This document shows, in pieces, positions 35,686 to 48,759 of a stretch of DNA of 64,000 nt (the stretch's first letter is position 1; the number at the start of each line of letters is the position of its first letter). The stretch is from NCBI GenBank assembly GCA_036172245.1, contig JAYWIR010000050.1, positions 62,001 to 126,000 of the forward strand, read 5' to 3'. Both the position numbers and the translations under genes were made by a program. The stretch comes from Raillietiella orientalis. Lineage: Eukaryota. The notes under the pieces are model-generated. The model was not told where the DNA came from and ran no database searches. It saw nothing but the letters and a program-made list of their open reading frames with translations.

Positions 35686-37789
35686 AATTCGTCGTTGACT
35701 TGACCCCCGTCGAGAGCAGAAAGAAACATACTCACCTGATAACGAAGTGCTAAGTGGTAGCCTCGGCTTCGTAAACATGCAACTCTGCTTCAACGAGAGG
35801 TCCCTCTTTGACAGCTGCGGCCGCAGTGACGTCAGCGAAACTTCTCGCCGCTGGCGAGGAAGACAAAATGTAGGCGGCCGTGCGTTCCGCGACTGCAGAT
35901 CCACGCGTTTCTTCTACAACTTCCTCGGCTTCAGATGGGGTTGACATTTCCTTTCGGATGCACAACACCAAGATGAAGCAAGAGAAGGCGCGACTTCGAG
36001 GGCGGCCGAAAAACACGTCCGCACTGCTCGTTCAAATCCCTGGAAATTTGGTTTGCCTTGAGCAGGTCCGCTTCCATCTCCTCTTGTCCACTGATCAGAA
36101 TACGTCGCTGCCCTCTGAAAATCCTTTAACAGTGCATGTACTGATAGCGCATACATGAGTGACGGAATTCTGTATTCTGTACTTTGGCGTGCAGATCCAG
36201 ACGGTTGTGGTGTTGATTCTTTATTCTCTGCTTGTTTGCACCATTACAGAATTGGAGATGATTGAACATCATGAAGAACGGTGCTCATTGCTAAATGACG
36301 ATTATCCGATCCCCTAAACATCTCAAAATTCGCACATATTTTTAGTTCCAATACCATAGGTGAGCAGTTTTCAAAAATCCTGGTCCCTCGACTGCGATCA
36401 TGGACCAGCTGGAATGGCATATTACGTCCCCACCAAAAAGGTTTCCCCTTATCCGATGGTGCTCCCGAACGAGACCTTGTCCTCGCTTCGTCCATCGAGC
36501 ATTCGGGAGTTCATCATAAAGATTTGGCAATTGTATGGATTGATACTGAAGATGCATTCACGTCGATTCCGCATAGCTTAATACTGAATTCTCCATCGGC
36601 ATTTGCAGCTGAGGACCATTTCTGCTCCATCATAGCCGATCTTTCTTTGAAGTTCCTTACCTTCATCGCTAGTAAGGAAGGTCTCACCAATTGCAGGTGT
36701 TCGCCAAGTTTGTCCACTGAGTGGACTAATTTTCAATATCGCTCTTGAACCTTTTCAGAGACTGTTAGTAGTGGAATGCCTCATTAGTACTCCTCTTGCA
36801 CGTGCAGATGACATTGCATGAACGTCGGGCTCACTTGACTCTATTCTAATAGCAGTAATCCTTCTTGCTGACCATATGAATCAAGTAGATCTGAATCCGA
36901 GAAAATGTGGATCTCATTTCTTTGCTTCTGCACCTCAGCTTCTTTCCAGTCCTTCATGCGTATTTGGTTCGCAAATTCCACCTCTTTTGCACCCAGAGAC
37001 GCACAAATATTTTGGTAGCCCTATAGGATTGGTGCCTCTCTTTTATGACGGTGATGGAGTATCGTTCATTGGTTCATTCAAAATTGTAACTGACTCCCCT
37101 CTTGCATCATAGCAAAAAGTAGATGCTATTAAATGCTTCCTTCTTTCTTTCTTGTTCTTGCCCTTCGACTTGTTATGAAGATTACGACTTTCCTCATCGA
37201 GCTCATTGGCAGGCTCGACAAAATCTCTAAGGATGTCCTGAAGCAGTCTATGCTCCTCCTCACAGGAGGATCATCGAACGAATGTCTCTCTGGTAAAACA
37301 TGAGATGGATGCCTTTGCTTGATGCTTCTTATCGAGGAATCGCTTTTTATGACAGTAAATTCCGCCTTCAGAATTCCTTTCCTTCTTGCCCAGTCGGCAT
37401 AGTCGCCGACCTAGCAATGATGACGTTGTCGGACGCTGTGAAGCGATACAGCCATACTTATCGTGACCTTATCCTTATTACCCGGTTTTTTCAATGGGTG
37501 TTGTGTGGAACCCCTGAATCGCATGAGTGGTGATCTGCAGTCATTGAGGTCCGAGGCCAGAGATGTATCCAAAGATCTTCCATTCAAAGGCGGTTTTGAG
37601 GAGAAGTGCATCACGATTTCGGTCGACTCTACTGGCACTGAAAACTCTGAAATTCTGTCGGTATCTCATAGGACGCAAATAGCGACAAACATTAGCTTCT
37701 TTCTCAGAGAGGAAAGATGCAAATCTCTTTTTGTGAAGCGCGGTGAGAGTGCAGTAATGGAATGCGGAAACCTTTATGCAGCGTTTATG
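35686..37789. repeat. Inverted duplication, left arm block C (mirror of 50773-52884)
   Basis: Near-identical reverse complement, e.g. identical 78-aa ORFs at 36876 (+) and 51450 (-). Confidence 0.97.
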
Positions 37790-38450
37790 TCCATCCTTTC
37801 TCTGCATGATAGTATTTGATTTTTCGATTGGCGAATCATTTTTTGATTATCCATAGTGTATGCTGAAACCAGGAAAAAGTTTGCTGTGTTGAACGGGAGT
37901 CGTCGAAGTGTCACCTTCATCGAAAAGTGACGCTTCTGCGGAAATGAAAAAGAAGCATAAGCCTATGTATTGTGCCAGTGTCTCCCCATTCAAGCTCCTC
38001 CATTATCAAAAGACACATTTATGTTGCAGATTACATTTTTGTATCACCGCTCTCAGCTTGACTGATTTTGCCTCGGGATAAGAGAACCAAGACAGTAGAA
38101 TCTTCCCTGGCTATCGTGATGAAGTTCTTGCGTGATGGATCTACAGAGATTATCATGGTTATGGTTGTTCCTTTCGATGATCGTCCCGAGAGCTTTGTGA
38201 GTGCATTCAAAGTAAGCAGAGAGAATAAAATCACAAAACACTCGGAGCTACAAAATTTTTTACGTAACCAGGTTTTGTACGTGATCTTGTCGCTGCTCTC
38301 GTTGGTGCTCTAGGATGCTGCGATCCCATCAGTGGCATTCTATTAAAGGTGAACAATCACATTGTAAGAGATGTAGCAGCCCATCTATGCAGCGCGACTT
38401 TGAAATTTTCTAGAGACATTCGCTGCCTTCACATCTCTACAATAAAAACA
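36500..38450 (+). mobile_element. Degenerate RLE-type (NeSL/Utopia-like) non-LTR retrotransposon, RT and endonuclease
   Basis: WIDTEDAFTSIPH, ADDIA, LNPRKC, KYFG, QKVDAIK, VVPFDDR, TLKFSRDI. Confidence 0.75.
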
Positions 38451-41400
38451 GCTCCAAACCTTCCTGCCACCTTCCATCGCCCTCTTTTTAGTGTGCCACT
38501 AGCCTGCCTATATGGTAGTTGCGATTTCTCCTCTGCTTTTGTGTAAACTCACGAAGTTTCGTACCCTTCGTCTTATATGCGGGAAGCTTAGGCACCCACA
38601 TGGGGCAACACTTCACTCTCAAGTGTAAAGCTTTTTTTTTTGGCAAGGCTGTTGCCGATGGATCACCCATGCTTTCCTCACGCGAAGAAGTTTCTGCTGA
38701 CATCCTCACGAGTGTCGGAGGCTCAATTTTTTTTCTTAGCAGGTAGCAATGGTGCAACCGTCTTCGTCCCTGACCAAGGAGGTTTCGCGATACCTTGCCG
38801 CAAGCAGGTGGTTTCTTCTCGTGGTGACCCTGATTTCCGGAAGCAAGAGAGGAAAAGCAGTGCTTCCTTCCGCGGTTGACGCGACTGTAAGTGATGCCGC
38901 ATCTTGTCAAATAATGCCACCGCTGTTTGCGTAGAAAGCTTTACCACGCAAACAACAAAGTCATCTCTCCCTCTTGTCTCCTGAGGAGGCGGCCGGGATC
39001 GTCCAGGTAGAGGTGACAGGGCCAACTGCCCCGCGGAGGGATGTCCAGGTATTTCGGCCGAAGCAAAGTTCTTTTAGCAAAGTCGCTAAATGCAGCAGAG
39101 TAAGACCGCAGACCAGTCTTCAATTGACCCACTTGGATCTTCAAAAAGTCTTTCATCTTTCCTCTTGGTCAGTCTTGTTCCTTCCCCGTAACGATGGAAA
39201 CGCTGCGTCTTGGAAGTGACTTTGATGGAAAGGACCCACTTCTTTCCGCAACTGTACGCTTCCTTCAAGAAGATGGCAGTTATCCCTGCGTAACCAACAT
39301 CAGGACACCTCTCGAGTTAACGCAGGAGATGCGGTTGCGAGCGCGCTATCTCCTGCTGTCGTGACCTGCGGAGCAGCAGGAGATCCGCTGCTGCTGTTCT
39401 CTCAGACCAGCGTCGACGTGCCTTGATGGCCACTTTGGCACCTTCGTTCTGTTGCAACTTCTAGGTAGCAACCGAGGCATGCTCTGGCAACATGCAGCGC
39501 GCTTGCGAACAGCCAGCAAATCTGTCGCTTCCCGCCCTCTACTAACGAATCCTAGGCTGAAACTTCAAGTTCAAGCAGTTTCGACCTTTTTTACGGAAAG
39601 ATGTTGACTTCTGCATCCCGACATGACGCCCAAAACAGTTTCAGCTCTTGAAAGGATAATTTTTGTCGTTCTTGATGGTGCGCTGTTTTTCCGCTCTGAT
39701 ACTTCAAGAACGCCTTTCCATTGGCCGCCCCCTGGAGCAAAATCCCAGAATCTCTTGGAAGCGACGTAACAAGTGAGCTGTGCTGCTTGATGACCGTGGT
39801 TGCAAACGAAGAGCGCTGCGAAGAAGGAACGCTCGCCTGTAAATGCGCTCCTTCCGTCGACAGGAACATTCTCGTAGGTACGCAGGCAAAAGAGATAACC
39901 AGCACACTGTATGGGATGCGCAGGGCCCCAAGCAAAGGGCACATTCCTTCCATCTTTCTCCTCCGACAGCCTTTATGGGAGTCACTTACTCGGAGATGAA
40001 GAGTAATCCTAAACTATCTACGTATCGACTGTGAAAGGAACACTTGTGGGTGCTAAAATGAATACCCTCTCGGGCCCAATTTGTTGGTAAACGAAGCTTT
40101 CAGCGGAGAAAAATCCGCGTTGCTCCGTAGCGAATGACGATGCTGGAGGCGCCGTCTGCTCACCTGACATCGCAGCTGCATCCCACCGTTGCCTCGCCTC
40201 TCTCCATGAGTACGCGTTCTGGCAGGCAGGTGCGTCACATCTGGAATCCTCTCTGGCAGAAAGGTACACAGTCGACCCCCGTCCTTGACGTGCAGTAGCG
40301 AAAGTCCCCACCTCGAATCACGCGAACAGTTTCGCCGAGGAATGGAGTGATTGATTCGAGCATCTTCGGGAGAGAGGACTACCAGCGAAGAAACGACTAT
40401 CCCTCTGGTAAGGATTCATGGAATTACCAGCCGGTAGCTCCGGAAGAAGATTGCTAAGTCCCCACGTTGGAATGCCAGGATACACCCTGACTCTGGATCC
40501 GGCAGATCCGCAGATGCATCTCGGTAGATTTGCTCAACACGGCTTCTCAGAAACACTTTTGCGTGCTCACCGTCGACTTGGGCGTTCTGCAGTTCCTGTT
40601 CCTTCCTCATAGCTTTCACCTTGGGTATTGACGCAGCTGCAGATCCCAATGATCGCTAGTGGAAGACATTTATTAATGAGTGACGAGGATGCCTTCATGT
40701 ACTGCGACAGCAGCAGCTCGAGTTTCCTGTAAAATTTCAAATATTCGTTTCTACGATGACAGGAGATGGATAGAGATAGACATTAAGTAAAGGGAATCTC
40801 GCTACAGCTGCTCTCTCGCAGAACAAAGTGCCTGTGAACGCTGGCAGCTGCGCTTACCGGGATGCGAGAACCAGAAGATACACTTCGGAGCCTAAGTCTA
40901 CATCAGCTCGAAAGTGCACCGGCTGCTGCGTGGTGAAGGAGAAAAGTTTCGATGCTCCTGGATTCTGGAACACGGCTTCTTCCACTGGCTGCTCTTCCAA
41001 CTAAGGGATGCGATATAAGACGGATGGGTCTCCAAACTCTTGTCTTCCCAGAGATCAGCAAAGGGCTTCTGCACGTCCGACATCTTGAGGAGAAAGGTGG
41101 TCAGCCACAATCGTAGATGCGATGGGAATTTGCAAAACAGAGCCATCAACACAGCATGGCTGCCAGCAAGGTTCTCGTGATGCAATGGGTTACTGCTCGT
41201 CGTGACGTTCGCAGCGACCAACATCCGTCCCAGCCCTTAGACAAAGCATTAATAAAAAAAATCCTCTTCCTAAACACTCAAGTCGGTTTCCTCATGCCAG
41301 AAATGCTACTCTCATACGGTTTCCGCTCAGGCACCGGCGAGCAGCTTCTAGCAACCCCGAGGCGAAAACAATTTCCTGAATCTCAGCCAGTCGCAACCTT

Positions 41401-41867
41401 CCAGAACGTATTGTCCCTCTCGTACGACAGCCGGAAACGTTATCGAAATTGCAGGGGTAGCAGAACAAAATCTTCCACATTTTGTGCCAACTGCGGCGTT
41501 TTACTCAGAACTATGCTCCTCCTGCCTATCCTCGTTCGGTTTCTGGAAGAGGGAGAATGCAGGCGCTACGTTACATGATCCATTCTTTGCTTTCCAAGGA
41601 GTCCCGCACAGAAGTGCGAAGGGGAAGATAAACTGATCCTAGGAGCAAAGAGACTGCCATCTTAATGCGCGGTCCTTCGAATGAGTGATTGCTGTCTTCG
41701 ATGACGTTGCGCACATAGTAGAAAGAGGAAAACTTCCCACTTCGTGATCCATCATTCCATCATGGCGATGAATGTCATTGACAGCAGTAAGCTAACATTC
41801 TGGACCAGGGACTGACTGAACACCTACATAGATCCAGGTAGATCATCGCAAAGATGCGACATCTCCA

Positions 41868-41876
41868 CTATATAAA
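41868..41876 (+). promoter_or_regulatory. Candidate TATA box of the pepsin-like gene
   Basis: CTATATAAA ~110 bp upstream of ATG 41987. Confidence 0.35.
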
Positions 41877-41986
41877 TGCTCACCAAGTGCCTCGAGGATG
41901 TTCACAGCCAGTAAGGGAGCGCGTCTTCTTTATACCAGCGCCGCAGTGTTTCCAGTCTGCATCCCAACGTCTCCATCAGCACAAAT

Positions 41987-44900
41987 ATGTGGAAATCCAC
42001 TGCATTGCTCCTTAATTTCATAGCGGTTTCCTGGTGAGAATACTCGAAGCTTAGTTGCGGGCGATTAGGAAATCATATATTCCACTTCCGTAGGGCAGCT
42101 GAACCTCCTTTTCCCTTAGAATATTTTACCCTTAATTACGTGAAGGTGAGCAACGCCACTGCATCTTTCCCAAATTCCCAGAGTTCAGGGATTCTACTTG
42201 CTAGAAGTTTCGGTGGGAACACCGCGGCAACCCTTCTTCTTAAGTTTGGATGCTGGAATGCACTCGAGTGTTGTCGTGCTAAGCAAAACCTGTACAACTC
42301 CTTTTTGCAGTAAGCACCTCGATTGCGCGACTACCTTCTCCAATTTTGTGTTTTCTTTGCAGAGGATGTTGACCATAAATTCAGCATTAACGCTTCGCGG
42401 AGCTTTTGTCTTCAAAAAGTGGACACAACGAGCATCCTCGGAACCAAATTCCGGACTTTCATCGGAAATGACTCACTCGAGGTAATCGCTCTCTGCTGGC
42501 TTAGCTTCAAAAGCTGTGGAAGACAATTCTACGGGCATGGGTCCAGCTGCAAAGTTGCCAGTAACGACAACGGTCGGTGATGCTCTTTATTTCTATCTCG
42601 TTGGGAAGACCTTGCGCGGTTTGTCCGAACGAATTGTCCGGACGATAAGCACTTTGGTGACCGATTTGCATGCATTCTCCTGCCCTCCCTCGGTACTGAG
42701 GGTTTTGGAAACCTTGACCAACCGATGCTGTTTGGGAGAGCACAGCAACTGGAATGCGCACTTAAAGCCCAAAGAAACGACGCGGTTGGGAGCGCTTCCT
42801 GATGAGGGCAAGAGTTCAACTGAGTCCACCAGCACTACATAGTTTAGACTTCAAAAGGGAAGCGTGATCGGGGGAACTAATAGAGTCCTCCAAAATCAGA
42901 CAAGATGCTGTTGACCACCACCGTAAGATGAAATCATTTAGGTCATGGATAATCAAAGGAGGAATTCCTTGCTGTTCCCCACAATTGTTTCCATGAGAGT
43001 TGTTGAGTCTTACAAGCCTCCATGCAACAACCCTATTCCAGAGTTACTTCCACATTTCGGCACTTTTCCCGTCAACAAAGACTATGTGAAGGAAATCATT
43101 CGAGAAAAAAACATTACTTCTTTAAAGATGATGGTGTCGTTGAATGGGTATGATGGTGATGAGATAGATGAGATAGATGTCATAATGGGCATTGCAGACC
43201 CCGTAATGGATGGCTCAGTCTGGATTCAAGTCAATCATTCAAGTGGATTTACGATGCCACCGTGGAGCTCCTAGATGTAAAAGGTCAAAAGACCTATTCG
43301 TTCAAAACACACAGGTGAGATGCTGTTCTTCAACAGAATGGTCCCATTGGACATGGAATGCACCCGAGAACACCCCATGCACTTACCGCCAAATACATCC
43401 ATCGTTTCCACGAGAGGTGGTTCTCATATCTATTCCGACGACAGCTAACCTTTGGCAGCCTCTATATGAGGAATCTTTCTCTTAAAGAGCGAGCGAATCA
43501 ATGACCTCAAGAGATCTCCACTGCCGCGTCACCATTCCTAGGAGGGGACCTCCATCTCTCGTAGAAAGGAGGAGTTTTCTTATGTAGAAGGGGCAACCCG
43601 TGGCATAGGAATCGACAGTTGACTTGCCGCCAAGAGATGCTCATTCACGTCTCTCCTTGCAGCCTCACCATAGAAGCAGACAGAAAATTGAAGCGCAAAT
43701 TAACCAGTCTCACGGCTCACCTGAAGTTGGATAGTTACCTGGCTGAGGCTCCAGCAGAATTCGTGGAATATCTGGCCGTCACATTGGATCCCAAAGCAAA
43801 AAAAGTGAACTTTGGTTTATACCAAGTAAATTTTTACTGGCATTTGACCATTCTCTGAAAAACTTCCATTCCAGGTCAACTGCAAAACGAGGGAGAACGT
43901 TTTTGTGAAACTCTTGATCACCCAGAATCACACAATATCGTTGGGATCTGCGGAGTACTTCTTCCAGGTATCACTTATCTTCTTTTGCGCACGAAGCGGG
44001 CTTCTTGAAAGTCGGCCTCCGACTCGCTGCATTCGCATTCAACTTTACCTGCAAGCAAGAAACCTAAGCGTTCTCAAACCATAAATATCTTCATTCGAGC
44101 AGACTTGTAGCTGCGAACGCACGAATAACTTCTAAAGAGGCGCTGGCAGGGGCTTAAGACTGCAGAAAGAAACTGCAAACACGACCACGGATGGACACCA
44201 TTCGCAAGAGTGCATGCCCCGCGCATTGCATCTCCGGAACCCTTGTAATTTTGCGAAGCATCTTCCACACGAAGTATTTTCTCTACCACACTTCTCGTGG
44301 AGTGTTACGACTTGAGATGACCACCAGCAGTCGAGCACTTTTCAGTACGGTGGAGTACAGCGACTTTCCGCGGAGGACAGCTGCGAGTCTGCAGAAGTAC
44401 CTCCTGGTGCCCTGCGATTGGCGCTTATGCGTACTCCATGAGATGAAGTGGGTGCTGCGCTGTTGAAGAATAAGAAGCAAAGCGCAACGGTGGGTGCCTC
44501 GAGTCGAGTATAGTGGATTTTCTTTCCGTCCAGTCGAACCTGGACCTCAGCTCATAATTTCCGAGAGCGCGTGAATCTAAGAAAACATTTCTTCTCGTTG
44601 CGATCGCTTGGAATTAGCAATTAGGGGTCATCGCGAGCCCCAAAACGAATCGTCAAGCAGCCATGCCAGCATGCGGCACGGAGGTGTGCGCACTTGGCGT
44701 TTCCGCCCTTTGCTCTTGCATGACTGTCTTTCTTGGGCACGTTTGATACCCCAACCGTTCGCCCAGCTCCCATGGAAACGATGCTGTTCGTAGGTGCAGA
44801 CGTTCTGTGTAGCGGATGCGATCTTCGTAATGGTCTCAAATCCACGCTGCATGCGCCTGCTGAAAGCGCGGTGATCCTGGGCGTTCACTCGAATGGCTTG

Positions 44901-45189
44901 CCGCGGGCATTTGATCCGCTCGGTTGAGTTGGCAGCTTTTTCTCCTGTCGTACATTTTCTTCGGTAATGTTTCATGAATGTTCCATTCTTCCAGATGGAT
45001 GAACAATGCTACCTCATATTCGTTCCATCTGCAAGCAATCAGTTGCAACTGTGTACAAGATTTCTGCAGAAAGACTACGTTGAGGTGGACTTCAAGAAGA
45101 ATGAAATTCATTTTATGAAGGCAAAGTTCCTTGGTACCACCTTCGATGTACATACGACAACCCCAGATTACGCTTCCTCAACTCAGTAA
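41987..45189 (+). pseudogene. Multi-exon pepsin-like (peptidase A1 fold) gene, secreted, non-canonical catalytic motifs, apparently disrupted
   Basis: GT-AG exons 41987-42033, 42094-42145, 42189-42309, 42363-42481, ~42843-42922, ~42998-43314, 43663-43825, 43875-43967, 44995-45189; YLLEVSVGTPRQPFFLSLDAG, CTTPFC, GLYQVNC, FLQKDYVEVDFKKNEIHFMKAK; TGA at 42912 and frameshift near 43243. Confidence 0.8.
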
Positions 45190-46589
45190 TGTATGCGAGT
45201 CGCGCATAACCATGGTTTCGGGAAGTTTGCACGATTGTGAGAAAATCGATGGCAGCTTCATTATCCATATTGTCACATATCTCAAATCGCGAGGTGGATG
45301 TGTGCCCAAAGTGTGGTTTGAGTTTTGCTCTTGGAGCAGCACTTTGAGCGGCATGACAGTATGGCAATAAACGGATGCTGCCAGGGATTCAAGTGTTTCC
45401 ATGGTTCGGATGAGGTGTGCGAGTGATCAAGTGATCGGACTCTATCTGATTGCTGCAGCACGCAGCATGCGGAAGGCCGACAACAACCCTTCCGTCACCA
45501 GGAAAAGGTCCACTCCTCCGCCAACCTGGAATCAGTCTAGGGATACTCTTTCGAATGAGTGTTTGTCACTTTCCTCGCAGAGGTTGCTTGTGCGTATGGT
45601 TGCCGCAGACAATTCGTCAGAGCTTCAACTGCGTTCTTGAATTGCGTTTCTCCCATCTCTCAATGCATAAGGTGGAAGCAACTCTGCTGATTGCTTCTTC
45701 TCGAAACCAAAGGGTCCTGTTTCAACAGCATCATGAACTTTTCCCTGGCTGCTTGGAATCACAAAAGTCACGCTGAAGAGGGCTGCATAACACTGCAAGG
45801 AGCACGTGGAAGCGCTCATTCAGCGGCATACTCTACCAATAGGCCTTGCTCTGCGGTCTGTTGCAAGTGGCAAGAGTATGCCGCTGGAAAATTCGAACTT
45901 GCTGAGGTCTTGCAAACCGCATGAACCTTCCAAGGAAAGGCTCAGAGTTTTGTGAAATTCAGGTGATGGTGTATAGCTTCCCGAATCACGGCTTAGCTCT
46001 TGGAATCATCGTGTAGAGCAAGTTTCTCCACCGGGGCATCGCAAATAGATGGCTTCATGTTCTCTCAGACGCACCAGGTGTGAGTTCGCATCCTGTACGT
46101 GAAATCCCGACTGGCAAGTCGTCCGAGATCACGTGCATTTATTGGGACATGTTAGTGTCTTCTTTTTCCGGATCCCACTTTTCTCGACATGCTGTTCATT
46201 TTGTGATCCAACAAATTCGCTCTTTGCCTTTTTTCACCATGAAACTCAAGTCGGAAAGCCATGCAAATGAGTGGGTTTTCTTTCCCTGCTATGGAGACCC
46301 GGATTTGGTGCTAATGGATGCAGCTTTTGCGCAGAACGTCCTTATTGGGAAGTTCCTTTTCTCACATGTGAGTGACCGCGGAAAAAAAGGCATACCGTGG
46401 CGGAAAGGCAAGGAAGTGCCAGGATATCATGAACTAGTGCACGCTAGAGACCTGCGTTCGCCTCAGAAAGCTGTGCGCTGCCACTTTGCACGCCTCACTT
46501 GTTCATCGAAAGTTACGAAAGTCTCTTGTATGCAAGAGTTTCCTAAGAACGAAACTTATAATAGCCCCAGCATGTCAAGTTTTATCGAC

Positions 46590-48420
46590 GGCTCGGGTTA
46601 GATGTCTTTACAAGTACCAGCCAATCGTCGGATAGCGGCAAAGAGGTTGCTGTGCCCTCGTGCCCTTTGAAAAGGCATGGGCAGCGGAGCACGCGGCAGT
46701 GATCAGTGAGGAAACATTTAGTGGGGACTGATTTGAAGCAGTGCTGTTTTGGTTCGAACATTAACGGCAACACTTCTGGAAGAGAAAAGAAAATCCAAAC
46801 CAAGCAGAAGGAAAGGATGTTCTAGAAAACCGTCGATCTGCTCACAGAAAGAGGGAGCGACTTTAGGACTAATGAGAGAGTACGGCGCACACTCTCAGAC
46901 TTGCCTTCGAGAATCCTGGACCCATCCTGCCTGGTAAGGTTAGCCGTAGCCGCCTATGCAGGCGCTCTGCCTATAACCCTTTTCCGCTTCTGCTGTTACC
47001 CATATCCACCCCGACAGGTAGCCTCTGAAATTTCTTCAAGCGAATTCGTCAGAGAGCAGGCGTGGGTGTCAATAAGATGTAGATCGTGTTGGTTCCGGTA
47101 GGTGCGCTATGGGAAGAGCAGTCTAACTGGATCCATATGCTTATCCTCAATCGTAGGTGCCTAAATTACGCCGGAGTTTCGTTGGGCGACTTCAGTTCAG
47201 CAGAAGCGTTGCAGGAATGCCTTCAAGGAAAACAGAATGCTACCAGCCCTTTTCAAGGTGGCAAGTTTGTCTTCTCTTAGCAGACTTCCTTGGGAAGCAC
47301 TTTCGTTGCTCTCGTCCGCCGAACTCTATTTTTTGTCTCCCGCCTCTCTAATCGGCCAAGCCTTTAGAGCAACGCATGTTCAGCAACGAAAGTGCTCAAC
47401 ATGCGCTGAGCTCTGTTGGGACCTGCAGAGTCCTGTATGCGCGTCAACCAGGCGGTTCCGTATCAAGATGTCAGCTTGGGAATCCAGATGATGGTTAGGT
47501 TGAAACTGCAAGTGCAGTTGCATTTTACCCAAAGCTGTGGAAGATTCCATAGTGCGCTCCAGCGCGCTTGCAGATGCTGCGTCGCGAAGGCAGCAATGGA
47601 CTGCTCTCGTTGGTGCCGCTCTTAATACGTCATAATGAAGAGGTCAGAAAGTGCCTCTCATTGAACTTGGTTGCGTGCGGCTTTAACCCTATCCTCCATT
47701 GGAGGTTGTTTTGAAAGGCGAGGGCTAGTAGACCAGTCTGGACGCCACTCCCATTACGGCAGAGCTGTCTGCCCTATGGACAGGAAAAGACAGTTTCCTA
47801 CCTGCAAAGTAGGAGATCGCCTGTACATACGCAGAAACAGCCCGACCGATGGTCAGCTGCACTGGTTGGACTTTGGTATCGACTCTCGTCTATCCTCCAT
47901 ATTCCAGTAGGCGACCCAAGTGAAATTTACCGATGTCTTTTTCTGCGTGATGGCTAATGCTTGCAGCGTCTTTAAGAGTTCTCTGCTGTGTTTGCGGCAT
48001 CCTGGCAAAGTGGAACGCTAGAAGAAGAGGCCAGAAAAGCAGGAACGCCATCCACTGAACGACGGTCTTGTCAGAGACCGCGATAAGGTGGTGGCAGTGA
48101 AAAAATACGAAAACAGAACTTGTCAGCATCCTAGCCAGGATTCAGAAGACCAGTCCAAGCGTGTAGTGATCCATTTGCTGCCCTCCCCTCACCCCCAAAA
48201 CAACAATTTTCCTCCCCTTTCTTCCTTTTTTTGTTTATTTTTGTTTGGCTCTTCCCTTTATCAGAGCCGTTAGAGCGGACCTCCCTGGTCTTAGTACCAG
48301 TTCATGATAAGTCTCCCGAGCGTGGTTAACCAAGAGTTCTACCAGGATAGAACATCCTATTGACTCTATTATAAAATGGTGTAACGAATTTTAATAGTAA
48401 ATGTTCCTGCATACCCGAAT
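46590..48420 (+). mobile_element. Heavily decayed Tx1-like RT, C-terminus and 3' UTR
   Basis: AVAAYAG (YADD remnant), NYAGVSLGDFSSAEA, PFQGGKF; T-rich tail. Confidence 0.65.
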
Positions 48421-48759
48421 CATAAACGTCGGCCGCAACTGAGCATTCCCGGTCCTGTTCGTCGAGTAGACAAGCGGCTGCAGACTGCCAGATCTGGTTC
48501 TCGGCCTTGGCCTTGTACTCCCAAGATGACGGACGTCCGGACATCGAGAGAAAGTGCGGGCACGCCTACTCAGAAGTTCCTGGGAAGCAGGTGCAAAGGA
48601 AACAGAAAGCAGAACTAGCGGACAGAACTTTTCAATTCATCCCAGTTTGCGAGCTCGAGAGGAAGTGTGGTTTCATTGCTCGTAGGTCTGTGAAAGTTTC
48701 TTTTTTTCTGGCGTAAGAGTGAATTCGCAGGTCTGATACCATTACCAGTAAAGTTCAGA

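Noticed and set aside
38450..41700. Genes in the left part of the spacer
   Set aside because: Only short ORFs with no motif or consistent exon chain that I can support; probably decayed repeats.
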